From: Azolla caroliniana | Taxonomy: Eukaryota > Plantae > Polypodiophyta | Assembly (NCBI GenBank): GCA_043228905.1 | Contig: JBHGNT010000012.1 | Coordinates: forward strand, 12,214,001 to 12,278,000 | Length of the DNA stretch: 64,000 bases | Direction: 5' to 3' | Shown here: positions 36,960 to 49,654 of the stretch, one piece after another | Numbering within the stretch: position 1 is the first letter of the stretch | Layout of the letters: every line of letters begins with the position of its first letter | Translations under genes and position numbers: made by a program | Notes under the pieces: model-generated | The model's database searches: none | What the model was told of the DNA's origin: nothing | Seen by the model: the letters and a program-made list of their open reading frames with translations, nothing else

Positions 36960-38330
36960 TACACATAATGCATGGTATATCGTTATTTAGGCTCCTCACA
37001 AGCATAATCTTTATTTTTTTATCTATTAACGCTAAGCTTAGTGTGCATGCAAACATTAAAAAAAAATGTTTTGCATTCACTCAAAAATGTCAGTGCATCT
37101 CTCAGAGTATTTTTAAGTTCATCATATCTTCTACGTAAAATAATAACATCATGACTATATTCCCAATGCTTTCTTCCTTTATAACCTTGTTAACCATTTG
37201 TTCTAATTCATCAATGCTTAGATCAAATAGAGTTGGTGAGAATGAAAATCCTTGCTTGACCCCAGTAAGGCCATCGAAAAAATTTGAAATATCATCATTA
37301 CCCATGCATACAACCTATAGCCTTATCATAGATTCGGGAAATTGAAAGCAAACTATACTCACTTGTGTTCTTCCACGCCTCCAAAGATGCTTTGAGGTAC
37401 CATATCATAATCTTTTTTGAAGTTTACAAAGAAACAATATAAACCCGCACTTCTCAAGAGATATTTTTACATTATTTCTTGAAGGGAGAGAAGTTAATCA
37501 ATAGTATTATTGTGTTTTTGGAGGCTAGATATGCTCTTTTACCATTTTTTCAGCCTATTCACTTACCTTTGGTTCCATTATACATCCAAACAGTTTTGTT
37601 ATAAGTGAGTTGACCATGGTAGTCTAATAATTGTTTATATCATTTACAATGCACATCTTCACCTTTATATAAAGATTTGATCCAATGTATACTCTAATTG
37701 TAGGGTATGCCACGTTGGAATGCATGATTAATACATCATTTTTCCATGCATGTGCTTCTTTTCATATTCATTTTCGCATTTCAATCTTTATACATTAAAG
37801 ATCTCTTGGCTTTCGATAGGAAAATTTCTTAAACCCCACGCACACATCCTCCATTGTAAGGAAGAGTGGCACACATAAAGAGAACCATAAGACATTATTG
37901 TTCATGTGAGTTCTTATAATGTATAAATAAGTCCATATGATTAGAGTCATAATAAATTTGAACACATTTCCCCACTATTTTTCTCCAAAATTTAATACAT
38001 GCATTTGCTTTGTCTTGAATTTCCTATATTCTTCGCTTTCTTTGAATAAGTCTTTTTTACTCATACAAATGATTTTAAATAAATTTCCTTATCCTTGACT
38101 AAGCGCAACCTCATGAGGCACTTTCGAGCTTCATGGCACTATCAAACCATTTTTTCTTCAAGTTATGTTCGTTGATGTTGTTGCAAGGTGTGTGCTTGAC
38201 CTAAAAGCATTTGTTTCTCCAAAGCTTCCATGTGCATTCTAGTGTTGCAGCAAGTTGTGTCTTTGTCATTTGTAACATATTTTCAAACATCTTGGAATAC
38301 ATGGGTGGTCATTTAAGGTTAATTCTCTAG
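36960..38330 (-). pseudogene. Decayed non-LTR (LINE) reverse transcriptase fragment
   Basis: TGVKQGFSFSPTLFDL...LLFYVEDM resembles the GVKQGCPLSPTLF...LLYADD motifs; upstream CFFVNFKK resembles the FVDFxKAFD motif. Confidence 0.75.
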
Positions 38331-38576
38331 ACAGAGATAGACTTGTGTATTAATGCCTAAAAACAGGCTAATGACATGTTAGAGTTTCACAAAGTGATGA
38401 TGTATGGTATAACAAAGATGTGCATAAGATATTTTTTAGTGTCCATAAAGAGGCCATTATTGACACATGGGACTTGAGCACACAATTTTTCTTGATGTGT
38501 GTCTTCTTCTTAGAAGGGATATTTATACTTTGAAGCATAAAGTCTCTATGTGTAAACAAGACAGAAACATATTAAC

Positions 38577-38830
38577 TAACAATCGGCAATGGTTCAGTTC
38601 GGTTTGAGAGTGTCCAAACCGAACCATTTAAAAAGTTTCAAACTTGAACCGAATCAAACTACGAAACCGTTAAACCGAAATCGTTTAAACCAAACCGTTA
38701 GGTAAAAATCCAAAACGATAAACCATTAAACTGTTAAAATTGTGTTTTTGTGGTTCGGTTTCGGTTTTTCAATTTAGGTCAAAATTCAAATTTAAAATTT
38801 AAAAATTTAAAAAAATTAAGAAACTAATAA
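38577..38830. mobile_element. Truncated AACCG-rich MITE end related to 40475-40803
   Basis: AATCGGCAATGGTTCAGTTCGGTTT start and dense AAACCG subterminal motifs. Confidence 0.55.
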
Positions 38831-39079
38831 TCATCCTCTACAATCCCTTCATCACACACCTTACATGTCTTTATATTTGACTCATTTTGATGCCACAATG
38901 TAATTTCAATCCTAGCTTAAGTGATTGATTCCAAAGGAGCGTGAGGGCTCTATGAGAGTTAATATTTATGTTGATAATGAGATAAGGTTGAATAGAATCA
39001 ATAGCCATTCTTGAACCCCAACATGTAGGGTAAACCATTGCAATTTAATATTCTAAAATTTGCCATTTTAGCATCACCT

Positions 39080-39760
39080 CACTCCTTCCTTATAGTTCCA
39101 TTAACCGTTCCGCAATAACTACATATTGCGTAAAATCAGTTAAAAGCTCTAAGAGATCGTCTAAACCCCAACTTTTGAATCACTTTGTCATGTCAACTAT
39201 GCAACTAGACGAGAGAATTTTGCTCTAATGATTCTTATGTGGCTTATATATGACGTTCCAATATAGATGTGGTAATTTATGATTTGGTTATATACTCTTT
39301 GTAGTGTCAATATCTCAATGGGTCCAATAACTATTTCCAAGATCATGAGCTTGTAGAAGGTGGTGGATTTAACTCCCAATTGTTTTCTTAAAAAAATCGT
39401 TTGAACCTTCTCAATCTCATTCCATGTGTTAAGAGGGATATACACCCCACATTTTTAGTTCATAAACTAAGGGTTAGGTTACCATGACATTGAAAGCATT
39501 AGTTTCACTTCCCATCCATGACTATCATTGTGGTTGCATTGATTCTCCAACATATAATAACTTTTCTAACTAGCTTAAGTTCTAGACTCAAAGCAATGCT
39601 CCATTTATTTGTGGTTTGTACAACAACATCAAGATACTTAAGTTTTGTAGAAATAGTACATATTCTCCCTTATATGTATGCACTATTTCAATGAGGATGC
39701 TTTGCCTACAATCATTTTTGTTTTATCCACATTTGCAATTAGTCCACTACTTTGATGTTG
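39080..39760 (-). pseudogene. Decayed LINE ORF2 C-terminal fragment
   Basis: WNEIEKVQTIFLRKQLGVKSTT...LE...PIE resembles the post-RT region of RTE-like LINEs. Confidence 0.6.
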
Positions 39761-39889
39761 TGGAGTTACGAACGTACATATGAAATATGAGCGGAACCAC
39801 CGGGATTTTAACAAGGGAAGATGGGTTTGGCTCCAATTGATGACTCAGGACCCTCATCACTATCGTCAACTGATTTAATAGACTTTGAC

Positions 39890-40360
39890 GATGTGTGCAT
39901 GTGTATGTGAAATTCTACGTGTTGGAGAAGACCTAGTACATGTCTATTTGTGTAGATTTCAGTATCTCTTAACTTATAAGTGTACTTATGTATTTGTCTT
40001 ATATATATGTGTACATACTTATGTATATGTTGAAGAGAATGGTAATGTGCATGAGGAACGTACATGTAAATGTTGTGCATATAAATATAAGTGTAAGTAT
40101 ATATTTTAATGTGTACATATGTGAAAGTGTATTTTTATTTGTTTATGTATGTATATAGTTACTTGTTCAAGCATCTATGTGATTATATATGCACAAGTAT
40201 TTTGTTCGTATTAATGTTTATGTATATATGCTTATGTGTATGTCTTGAAAAATGTATATGTACTCTTTATTCACATGTATGTGAAGTTATGGATCAATTT
40301 GTATCTAGTTTTTCATCCATTTGTGAGTGGGTGGATGAATGTATATTTATGTGCATTGGT
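39890..40360. repeat. TA/TG-rich low-complexity tract
   Basis: Degenerate TATG/TGTA repeats. Confidence 0.7.
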
Positions 40361-40474
40361 AGATAGGGGAGGGGTATTTAGGAAAACTGATATTCCTTCA
40401 CTTGTGGATAGAACCTTAATAAGGGATGTGAGTGTGAAAAGAAAAGGGACGGGGGAGAGGGGTGATGTCACTTG

Positions 40475-40803
40475 TAGGAATTAGCAATGGTTCGGTTTTA
40501 GCTTAATCGGTTTGGCCTTCTCCAAACCAAACCGAGGAGGCCTTAACCGATGTGGGAGTTTCCAAACTTGAACTGAACCAATTCCTAAACTGGTTTAGCC
40601 AAGCCGATTAAGCCTTAACCGGATTGGGAATCGTTTTGGCCCAAAACGGTTTGGTTTAGCATGAGCCTTCCCAAACTGACCTCAAACCGGTTAAGGAAGC
40701 TCAAGCCTAAACCAAACCGAACTGAACCTTTCAAATTGCTAAACCATTTACAAACAGTTTAATGGTTTGGTTCAAGCTTGAGCCGAGCCATTGCTGACTC
40801 CTA
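40475..40803. mobile_element. hAT-type MITE
   Basis: TIRs TAGGAATTAGCAATGG and CCATTGCTGACTCCTA; 8-bp TSD GTCACTTG/GTCACTTT; AACCG-rich interior. Confidence 0.85.
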
Positions 40804-41321
40804 GTCACTTTTGGTAGGTACAACATTGGTATCGGTCAATAACGGGAACAACAACAACTGATTGTGTCAACTTGAGCTCACTCCTCTTCCTCTCATTCTA
40901 CTTTGTTGCTCCAGCCTCAAAACTCAAATTCGCAATGTGAAAATGTCACTGTGAACTTGTATAATCCCAAAGATATTGACAAATTGAAGAAATGGATGTG
41001 AAATTAATCCAAGTTTACGACTCCTCTCTACGAGTACAAAAATGTTTGATACATAATATTTTGGATAAAATTCTAAAAAAGTTATATTACTCATTAGAAG
41101 AGACAATTTATTTAACGAAGATCAACCCGAATATAATAATTCTAAATGACAAAATTGTTTCTCTAACAAAAGAGATTAATCCCAATACACATGTAATGGA
41201 AGATTGAGATTAGAAAGAAAGATGCCAAAAGAATGTGGGGAGGAGATCCTTGAATTTTGGTGTAACGAATCTATGATTAATGGCCAAATAGCTTCTCGTT
41301 GTGATATATTTTCATATATTC

Positions 41322-41595
41322 CTTCTTGATTCATTATCTTGCAACTAATTATTCACTAGCAAAAATTCTTACTGTTGGCAATGAGTGATACTCCTTTTAT
41401 AGGTTTCAAGGGGGCATTCCCCAAATATAATAACTTGTTGCACAAGTCGCCAAATATTTTCCTATATGCCCTCTTGATTCATTATCTTGCAACTAATTAC
41501 TCACTAGCAAAGATCTTGAGTGTTGGCAATGAGTGATACTCCTTTTATAGGTTTCAAGAGGGCCTTCCCCAGTAACTTGTTGCATAAGTCGCCTT
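41322..41595. repeat. ~148-bp tandem duplication
   Basis: TCTTGATTCATTATCTTGCAACTAATTA...CAAGTCGCC occurs twice. Confidence 0.85.
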
Positions 41596-42189
41596 GACTT
41601 TTCTTCCCATTTTATTGCATTCCTCATTCCCATAGTTGTTTTGTACTATAGATCACCTTTCTCCTTTCATTATCCATTACATGATTCAAACCCTTAGACA
41701 TTATCATCTCAAGACTTAGGTCTGGCCAATTTAACCCATCCGTTCAATCCATGGGATTTTCTCCATTGTACACACCACACCACGACAACTACCACAAGTC
41801 ATTCATAATCGACGAAGTGAGAGAGGACCTCCTCTTCACCTGTGTAATCATTATATTGAAATTTGCTCTCAGGGTCATAACAATTGATTCCCCCAACCTG
41901 AGCTCTTTCATCTCTCTCATACTCTAGATCTGGTAGTTGGGTTCAACGAGGCGGTGACCTAGTCTACGAGGTGGTGGTTGTAGTAAAGTCTATTGAAGAA
42001 CCCAAATCATAATTGGCAAATTCACGTGTTCAACTCCTATTTGGTGCAAACAGAAAAATAGAAAGGAGTGACCCTACTATGAAAAACATGTTGCAAATTA
42101 ACCATGAAAAAGAATAGTAGGTGGGATTGGACGGTTAGCTCTAGCCAATTACCTATGATGTTCTACACTTACGAATATGCGAAACTAGA

Positions 42190-43735
42190 TATCATTCCTA
42201 ATGTAAGCATGAAATAAGGAAATATGAGATGGTAGATAAGAGAAAGAGAGAGCAAGAAAGGTGTTGATCCACCCGACCACCCCCGAGCGAAGGGACCGAG
42301 ATAGACTCGAGCCATGATCGACATCCCATTCCACTGCCATGGCATCGATTCATACCTGATACTAGCGCTCTCGACAAAAGATCATAGTCTCAACATAGCT
42401 AAACCCTTCCCTTAATGAGGGTAGCTAGCCCTCATATTTATAGCCAACCTAAGGCCCCTAAGCAAGTTCATACTTGGCCCTTATGGCATCGATTCATACC
42501 TGATACTAGCGCTCTCGACAAAAGATCATAGTCTCAACATAGCTAAACCCTTCCCTTAATGAGGGTAGCTAGCCCTCATATTTATAGCCAACCTATGGCC
42601 CCTAAGCAAGTTCATACTTGACCCTTATGGGTTGTCTCAATTCCTATGATTAAAAGTAAACCTCCCTTCTTTACAGTCTCGACTAACTCTCACACTTTAT
42701 CCTCGTCTGTAGAATACTAAAGTATAACTAACCACGAGATAAATTAGGGTCATGCCCCGAACATACTCCCCCCTCTTTAAAACATTGCACTCTTGCAATG
42801 AAAAGTTAGGGAAGATAGTTTGTATAGTTTTTTCTCGTTCCCATGTAGCATCTTTTAGAGATTTATCCATCCATTTAGTTTTAAATTTTTGAATTGTCCT
42901 AGAATGCAATTGTTTTTGTTTTAACATCAAGAATTTTCTCTAGTACATATAGTTTAGAAGCTAAATCTTTAGAAGTAGCAAGAGTTTTAGTTGTAACTGT
43001 ATTGTCACTAGAACTAAGAAATTCTTTTAAACGACTTACATGAAAAACTGGATGGATTTCGACACCATCAGGAAGAACGAGATGATAGGTTGATGAACTA
43101 AGGAATTTGAGGATTGTGAAAGGTTCACAAAACCACGAGGCTAACTTAGCATACTTACTCGTAGAAAACGTTTTGGAATTGTGAGGTACAAACAGAAATA
43201 CCTCTTGTCTAGGTTTGAATACATGAGGTTGCCTATTTTGGTCAACATAAAAATGAGCTCTATCTTGAGTTGTTTAAGATTATATCTCGTGCAATATGCA
43301 ACATATCTTGCATATCCCTTAGAATGTTTTGCATACTTCGCAACTCATCGTGATATATATTAACATCAATTGGGGCTCGAGATTGAAAGTCATACATAAA
43401 AGGACTATATCGAGATTGAAAGCCAATTTAGGAGCTATTATTGTAGTTTTAGTAACAATAAACGTGGTCATTTTAGTTAGTCTATCAACTACAACCCAGA
43501 TGGCATCATGGCCTTTTTGGGTGCAAGGAAGGCTCACAATAAAATCCATGGATATACTTTCCCATTTATTGTTGGGAATATCCAAGGGATGTAAAAGTCT
43601 AATGGCTTTAAGTCAGTCAACTTTGTTAACTTGTCATTAATGACATTTAGTCACATAATTATGTATGTTAGAATGCATCTTAGGCCAATAAAATTGAGTG
43701 GAGATGAGAACAAGTGTGCGATGTGAGTGAAAGGA
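42190..43735 (-). mobile_element. Chromovirus 3' fragment: integrase/chromodomain, PPT and LTR (42190-42763) with an internal ~145-bp duplication
   Basis: [18 protein letters not shown]...ATWE, AAAGAGGGGGGAG-TA-TGTTCGGGGCATGACC. 42339-42483 is repeated at 42484-42628. Confidence 0.88.
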
Positions 43736-44053
43736 AGCTATGGTGTACCAACTTTTGGTCGAAATTCTAGAACTAATTGATAAGGAGAAAAACCATAAAA
43801 ATTTAAAAATAATCCAATATTTAGGTCTAGAAAGTTGATCATCACTTCTTATAAAATTAAAAGCCACACTCGATGAGTTTTTGATTTCAAATAACAATAA
43901 ACATTGCACATCCTTCCACCGTTATGTCTATGTCCAAGTGTCCCTTGTGTAATCAATTTCATTTGAGGTTGTCAGTTCACAATCCTAGGTAAAGTTGTAT
44001 GGAGTACCTATTTGTATAAGATCTAGAGTTGTCAGTCATTTATTTAGTTAATG

Positions 44054-44055
<2 letters not shown>

Positions 44056-44095
<40 letters not shown>
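44056..44095. repeat. (CT)n microsatellite
   Basis: About 20 CT units. Confidence 0.95.
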
Positions 44096-44097
<2 letters not shown>

Positions 44098-44295
44098 CAT
44101 CTGCCTCACGAAACATTTGCTTGTTGTGACCCCTCTGCAACCTCCAAGCGTTCTTTGCTCTTCGTGTCCTCTCTGCAATGACCTTCTGCTTGTTGTTTCC
44201 CCACGTTTACTGCTCACTCTCCTCGTCGTGACCCCTCTACAACCTCCAAGCATTCTCTACGTGTTACTCATTCAATTACTCCTCCTGAGTAATTG

Positions 44296-47100
44296 TGTCA
44301 AGAAATCGTGGTGCGTAGGAGACTCAGGGGAACGTCATACTATCGATCATTTATAGAGAATAAGACTAATACATTGCGGAATCGACAACAACCAATTCGT
44401 ATATTCGTCTTTCCACAGACCGAACGTTATATAGATATGTGTAGAGAGATGAGAGAGAGACGGAAGTTACCGCAAAGCATATATTATGTATATTCGATTG
44501 AATGTAGCATATAGATACATATACAAGTACCGAGTATAATCGGTGAACACTCACTCACTCTCTAATTAGTCTATCCCTATTCGTAATCTCTTTGATCCTT
44601 CCGCGCTCACCGATATATATATCTTCCTTCTGCTCGACACTTTCTACCTACTCCTTGATGTTCGGCTTCTCTTATTCGGCTGTTAGTGCTTGGCTCCCTT
44701 TGGTTCGTTTCACACTTGTCCCATTGGATAACACCTAGCACGCTTGTGGGACACTGCCTTGCATGTCAGATTCACAAAAAATCGAAAAACTCGAAGGTCC
44801 CAAAAAATAAAAAAATCAAACAAATTCTAATATAGTTCACTCCTCCAAAATGAGTAAAATGCTTGCCAACTGTTGCGAGTCGTCGAGTTTGTCAATGACT
44901 TCGGTCGAGAGTTCGGCCCAAATATTTGGCTTCGTAGGTGTGGCTTGCGTCTCTCTTATTTCTTCCTCCGTAGTGGTTTGTTGGACTAGTTCGTGAGGTG
45001 CATGCTCTTGGTTAGTAGGCCGATGATCCGAATCCTCATGCTCCTGCTCCTGTGCCTGTTCTTGGCATATCGAATCTTGTTTATCTGCTCCTCGGGTGCC
45101 CATGTTACCCCTTGCTTATGCATGCTTTCGGGGGAAGCTTCGTCTTTTCCTTGCGTTGGGGCCACCGTGTCCATCTTGGCCTAGAGTTGCTCACGTTCGA
45201 ATTTATCCATGTCAATGGTGAGTAGGAGTTGATCATTGGTGAATTCCTCAAGGCGGGTCCCAATAGCAGTGGTATGCATCTGTGCCATGGCATGGAACTC
45301 TACAGTGAAGTCCTCTCGGAGCACCTGGATGTTGTTCTTGTCCATTTGAAAAAAACCGCAGCCCTCCTTTTTGTGATTTTCTGCATTTATTCGGAGAATT
45401 TGTAATTCGGCCGCTTCTGCCGACCAGTCATTCCACCCCTAAGCCTGTGCATCTTTGACCTTCTGGTTCAGCCACTCATGATGTTTTCATACTAAAGCCT
45501 TGACTCATTCTTTGCCCATATCATATTTGTTATGGAGTATTTGTAACTCTTTTGTGGCAGTCAGGATGTCAAGTTCGAGCTTTGCTTTAGTGATGTTGAG
45601 TGAGGGTTTAGGGTCTTGCTCGTATTTGGGATGAGCCTGACCTTGTCCTCTTCAACCTCTAGGTCTTGTTGTGTTGTTTTTTGAAGCTCTTGGAGGGAAT
45701 CTTCTAATGCACTCTTTTCACTCTCCATCTTGCAAAGCAACTAATGTTGTAGACCGAAGTCTGACTGGAGATTCAAGAGGGGCTTCATTTGGATTACGGA
45801 GCGCCAACTAGTATCTTTCTTCCAATTTCTGCATCTCGACAACCGATTCGTCGTTGGCGGCCTGAAGAGTTGTCGTGGCCTTTGCTTTCAATTCTTGGAG
45901 GGTGCGATTAAATTCCTTTGTCTCGGAGTCAAGTATTTATTTTAGTTCAATTTCTCTCTTCTGTGCTTGATAGAGGGTTTTGCGGATGCAGTTGATTTCC
46001 TCCATGGCCTCGTGGTAGCATTGTTTGGATTGCTCGGCAATCGCCTTTTGGGTTTCCAATTCATCTTCGAAGTTTGGTGGTGACATCGATGATGTGGTAG
46101 TGGGGAGGGGTATTTCGTGGTCGGTGGTTGTAGCCGAGGGGCGGATTTCCTCGACCTGGTTTCCGTTCGCCTGATTGGTGTTTGGAGTCGGCAAGGTGAG
46201 AAGGTCGACTTGACCTAAGCCTCCTATTTCCTAAAGTTTTCGTTTGAGCTCCACCACTCGGGCTTCCGCAGCCTGCTAGAGCTCCGTTGTCTGTTTAGCT
46301 TGCTTGCATGCCTGTTTACTGTATGAAGCCATATCTTTGGCCGCGCGGGTCGTTTTGTCCAAATTTTGGTATACTTCTACTAGGGCCTTGTTTAACTCAA
46401 GCAGTGCGATGAGCAAGTGGTTGCTCCCCTTCTGATGCTTTCGGTAGATTTTCTGCAGAGGCGCCTCTTCATCGGATTCGAGTTCTCCAGTGATAGTCCT
46501 TTGGACCATCACTCTATCTGCGTGCTCTTCAGCCATGTTTGCCACAGACGCTACTTGTAATCGAGTGAAGAAATCGATGAGCTCATAGGAAGTGTCATGC
46601 CGCAAAATGTCATTGAGCTCAAAAGCCTCGGCTGGTAGGTCAGGAAAGGTCATCACGGCATCTTCTGAGATCTGGAAGGCCTGGCCCTTCTTCAAATTCC
46701 TTGGCAAGGACTGGGTCGTGTCTGGGAGGGCGACCACCATTTTTGTCAGGTGCCACAACCATATGCAATTCATCCTTCTTGGTTCAGACCCTCTTGTTGA
46801 GAGAGCATGCTCAACTTGGGTCGGAACGGCTGAAGAAGACGAGAACCGGATCGGATTGGACTGGTCAATTTGGCCAGGATCGGTTGAAGAAGCCGGGAGC
46901 CAAATTGGATGGAGACTGATTGGCGAGGCCGGATCGGTGGGATCTGGAAGGGCATTGGAAAGATATTTTGTGAGGGAATATGTTTGGGAGTTAGTGTAGG
47001 GGATCACTTCTGAGCATTCAAGTACTAACGGTACTTGTGTCAGTCCTTTTAAGGACTTGTATAAAAACTGCTCTCTAAGCACATTCGATGTACAGAGTGT
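44296..47100 (-). mobile_element. Element E: 3' end of a decayed member of the element A family (extra ORF, tRNA-like motif, 3' LTR ~44296-44733)
   Basis: Coiled-coil ORF remnants at 44837-47082 are homologous to element A ORF2. Motif TCTGACATGCAAGGCAGTGTCCCACAAGCGTGCTA lies 2 nt before TGTTATCC. The left LTR boundary is tentative. Confidence 0.75.
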
Positions 47101-47149
47101 TTACAAGTGTTCATTATTTTTGAAATAGAGTTTCTGTTCTTCTCTCTTA

Positions 47150-47340
47150 GATGCGACATACAAGGAATTTCCAGCTTGGGAGCAAGTGGCAAGCAAGGTA
47201 ATGTACTCCTTTGCGTCCAGTGTCGGTGATCAGTTACTTAGCCACATCCGGGATGCCAAGATGCCAAAGGAAGCGTGGACAAACCAGAAAAGGGTTTTCG
47301 CCCCAAGCACCACGGCCCAGAAGCTGCAACTCAGAGAGGA
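47150..47340 (+). pseudogene. gag: Copia gag fragment
   Basis: WEQVASKVMYSFASSVGDQLLSHIRDAKMPKEAW is homologous to the gag at 54075-54343. Confidence 0.75.
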
Positions 47341-49654
47341 TGTTAGCCGGTTTGCTACCCAAGATCAGAAGGTCGGAGTCAGAGAACTGTGAAAATGAGT
47401 CAGAGTCGACAATGTTCGAAGTTGGAGTCGGCGTCAGAAGACAAAAGGAAATATAATATGATTTTTGCAAGTAGAAAAAAATAGAATTAGTTAAAATAGT
47501 TCTGTTATAGTTCTTGCCGGACGAAGCAAGTGTAAATCTTGGAAGAGAGCGGATCACCTATAAAAGGGACTAAGAACATTCTAATTTTATCGTTCTATTT
47601 TAGTTTAATATAAGTTAGTAGCTAGTTATCTGTTGTGTCGGCTATTTTGTGTTTGTGTTGAACTTTTGGTTACTACATTTGCTAATTAACCATATTAAGC
47701 TGGATAGTTGATCATCAAGTACTTAACCATCAAAGTAGAGTTGTCTGTATATCAAGTCCTAAGTATAGACTTGTACTAGTAATCCAATTTCCTACCACAA
47801 TCATCTTGATAGAACGGTCTTAGTCAAACGTTCAACCTATTGTGTCTATCAGGTACAATCGTCGACTATCGGCAGATCAACACAATATTTTGGCACACCT
47901 CGTTACATCTACTATAGGAAACGATGAAGGGGAATGGATGTCATCTAGTCCGGATACACCTATAGGCCACAAAAGACCACGCAAGTGATCACAAACACAA
48001 TGTGGAAAGGGTGAGATGGCGAAAGGTTCTGAGTAGAGTGAAATTCCCGATCTAACTGATAGCAATTCAATCAAGGATATTCTTTTGACATTTGGGAGGA
48101 GGATACAATGCCATACCCTTACTCAAAGTATCGGGATGGAGCCGATGCGGAAGCGCATGTGCGTGATTTTCTTACAACATGGGAGGTGAACCATGTTTCA
48201 CGATGATTGCAGGCTGTGGAGGAAGAAAAATCTAAAATTGCCGAGTTTGTATTATCGCTCCACGGATCGTCGGCGAATTGGTATGCCCAGAATGGGTCAA
48301 GGGCGTTCGACTCTTTCATCGATGATTATTTCATTTGATTATTTCATCCACAGATTCCACAAAAGGATCTAATTAGTAAGTTTTATGCAGCATATCAAGA
48401 GCCCCATAAAACAATGTCGCAGTTTGTAATTCGATTTCAAAGTCTTCGTCTCTAAATTGCACGGCCAATTTCAGAGGAAGAGCTGAAAGACATATTCTTG
48501 GAAGTGTTACGCAAGCCACTCCGAACAACTTTAACTTTGTTCGATTTCAACAATCAATCACCAAAGCAAGTGATTGATAAAGCACTCGCAATGAATAGAA
48601 CCCAGAGTAGTAACACTATGAATATGGCGGCATTACACAGGTCGTTACATACAGTGGAAGAGTTACGATTTTGACAAGCCGTGCAATGCACTACTTGTCT
48701 CAATACAGGGCATTCTACCATGGAAGGTAGTTTGTGTACTCATTGTACAATCTGCCATTCCAAGGCGAATTGTATCGATCAATGTGAGTAAAATTTACTC
48801 AATAAAACCATGACATCAGTCCAACAGATTCACCCCAAAAACAAGTTTCAAGTGGACCACAATAGGTCGAGGCACCGTCCTCAAGAGGATGATTGTCCAC
48901 ATTATGAGGATTGTTTTCAATCAAATCATAATCAGAGGGATGATAATCGTTGGGAAGATAATCAGATGGACGATTATTGGCGCGATGACCTGTACAATGA
49001 CTATCGACGAGAAGATGACCGACAAGATGATGATCGTCGCAATAGTCGGAATACTTATGACCGGGACTATTCACCCCGGCAGGATAGAAATAATCGACAA
49101 CCTTACGAGGGTGCTTGATACCTGGAGGGGAAAAGATCTCATGATCACCGAAGGAATGACGATCATCGACCACTGAATCATCGATTCCATGATCTAATAG
49201 AAAGTCGAAAGGATCTCGACAGTTTCAGCATGATTCAAGAGCCAAAGATTACTCAAAATCCCAAGATGCTCGCTGACCTCAGTATGAAAATGGCAAATCC
49301 AATGGCCTATACTGACTTGCTATATTTGTAGGAAAGATGGTCACTATGCAAATCAATGCTCGACAAAGGATAAAGGTAAAGCACCGTGGTGAATATGGTC
49401 ATGCCTAAAGTACAACAGGTAACCACTTGCAATAAGGCCAAACAATCAGAATGGGAGGTACGAGAGGCAGTAAGAAAAGCAGCCAAGGAGTGGGTCGAAG
49501 AGGCTGACAACAACAATGTGGCCGGAATGTTGCAAGAAAAGGCTCGGTTGACTGCCAAGTTGGAAAGTTGACCAGTCGAACCATCGACACCGACTATAGC
49601 ACCTGATGATGAAGAAGCCTGGAAAGTCTTGTCAGATTGTCCAGTGTCATTACC
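47341..49654 (+). mobile_element. gag: Element F 5' half: LTR (~47341-47882), PBS-like TGGCACACC at 47891, decayed gag
   Basis: MPYPYSKYRDGADAEAHV...KIAEF..., CTTCLNTGH, RD-rich tract and VNMVMPKVQQVTT all match element A Gag. Ends ...CPVSLP at TSD TTACC. Confidence 0.85.

Noticed and set aside
39760-44050. Host protein-coding gene in the AT-rich interval
   Set aside because: Only short, compositionally biased ORFs and TE remnants are present, with no supportable exon structure.
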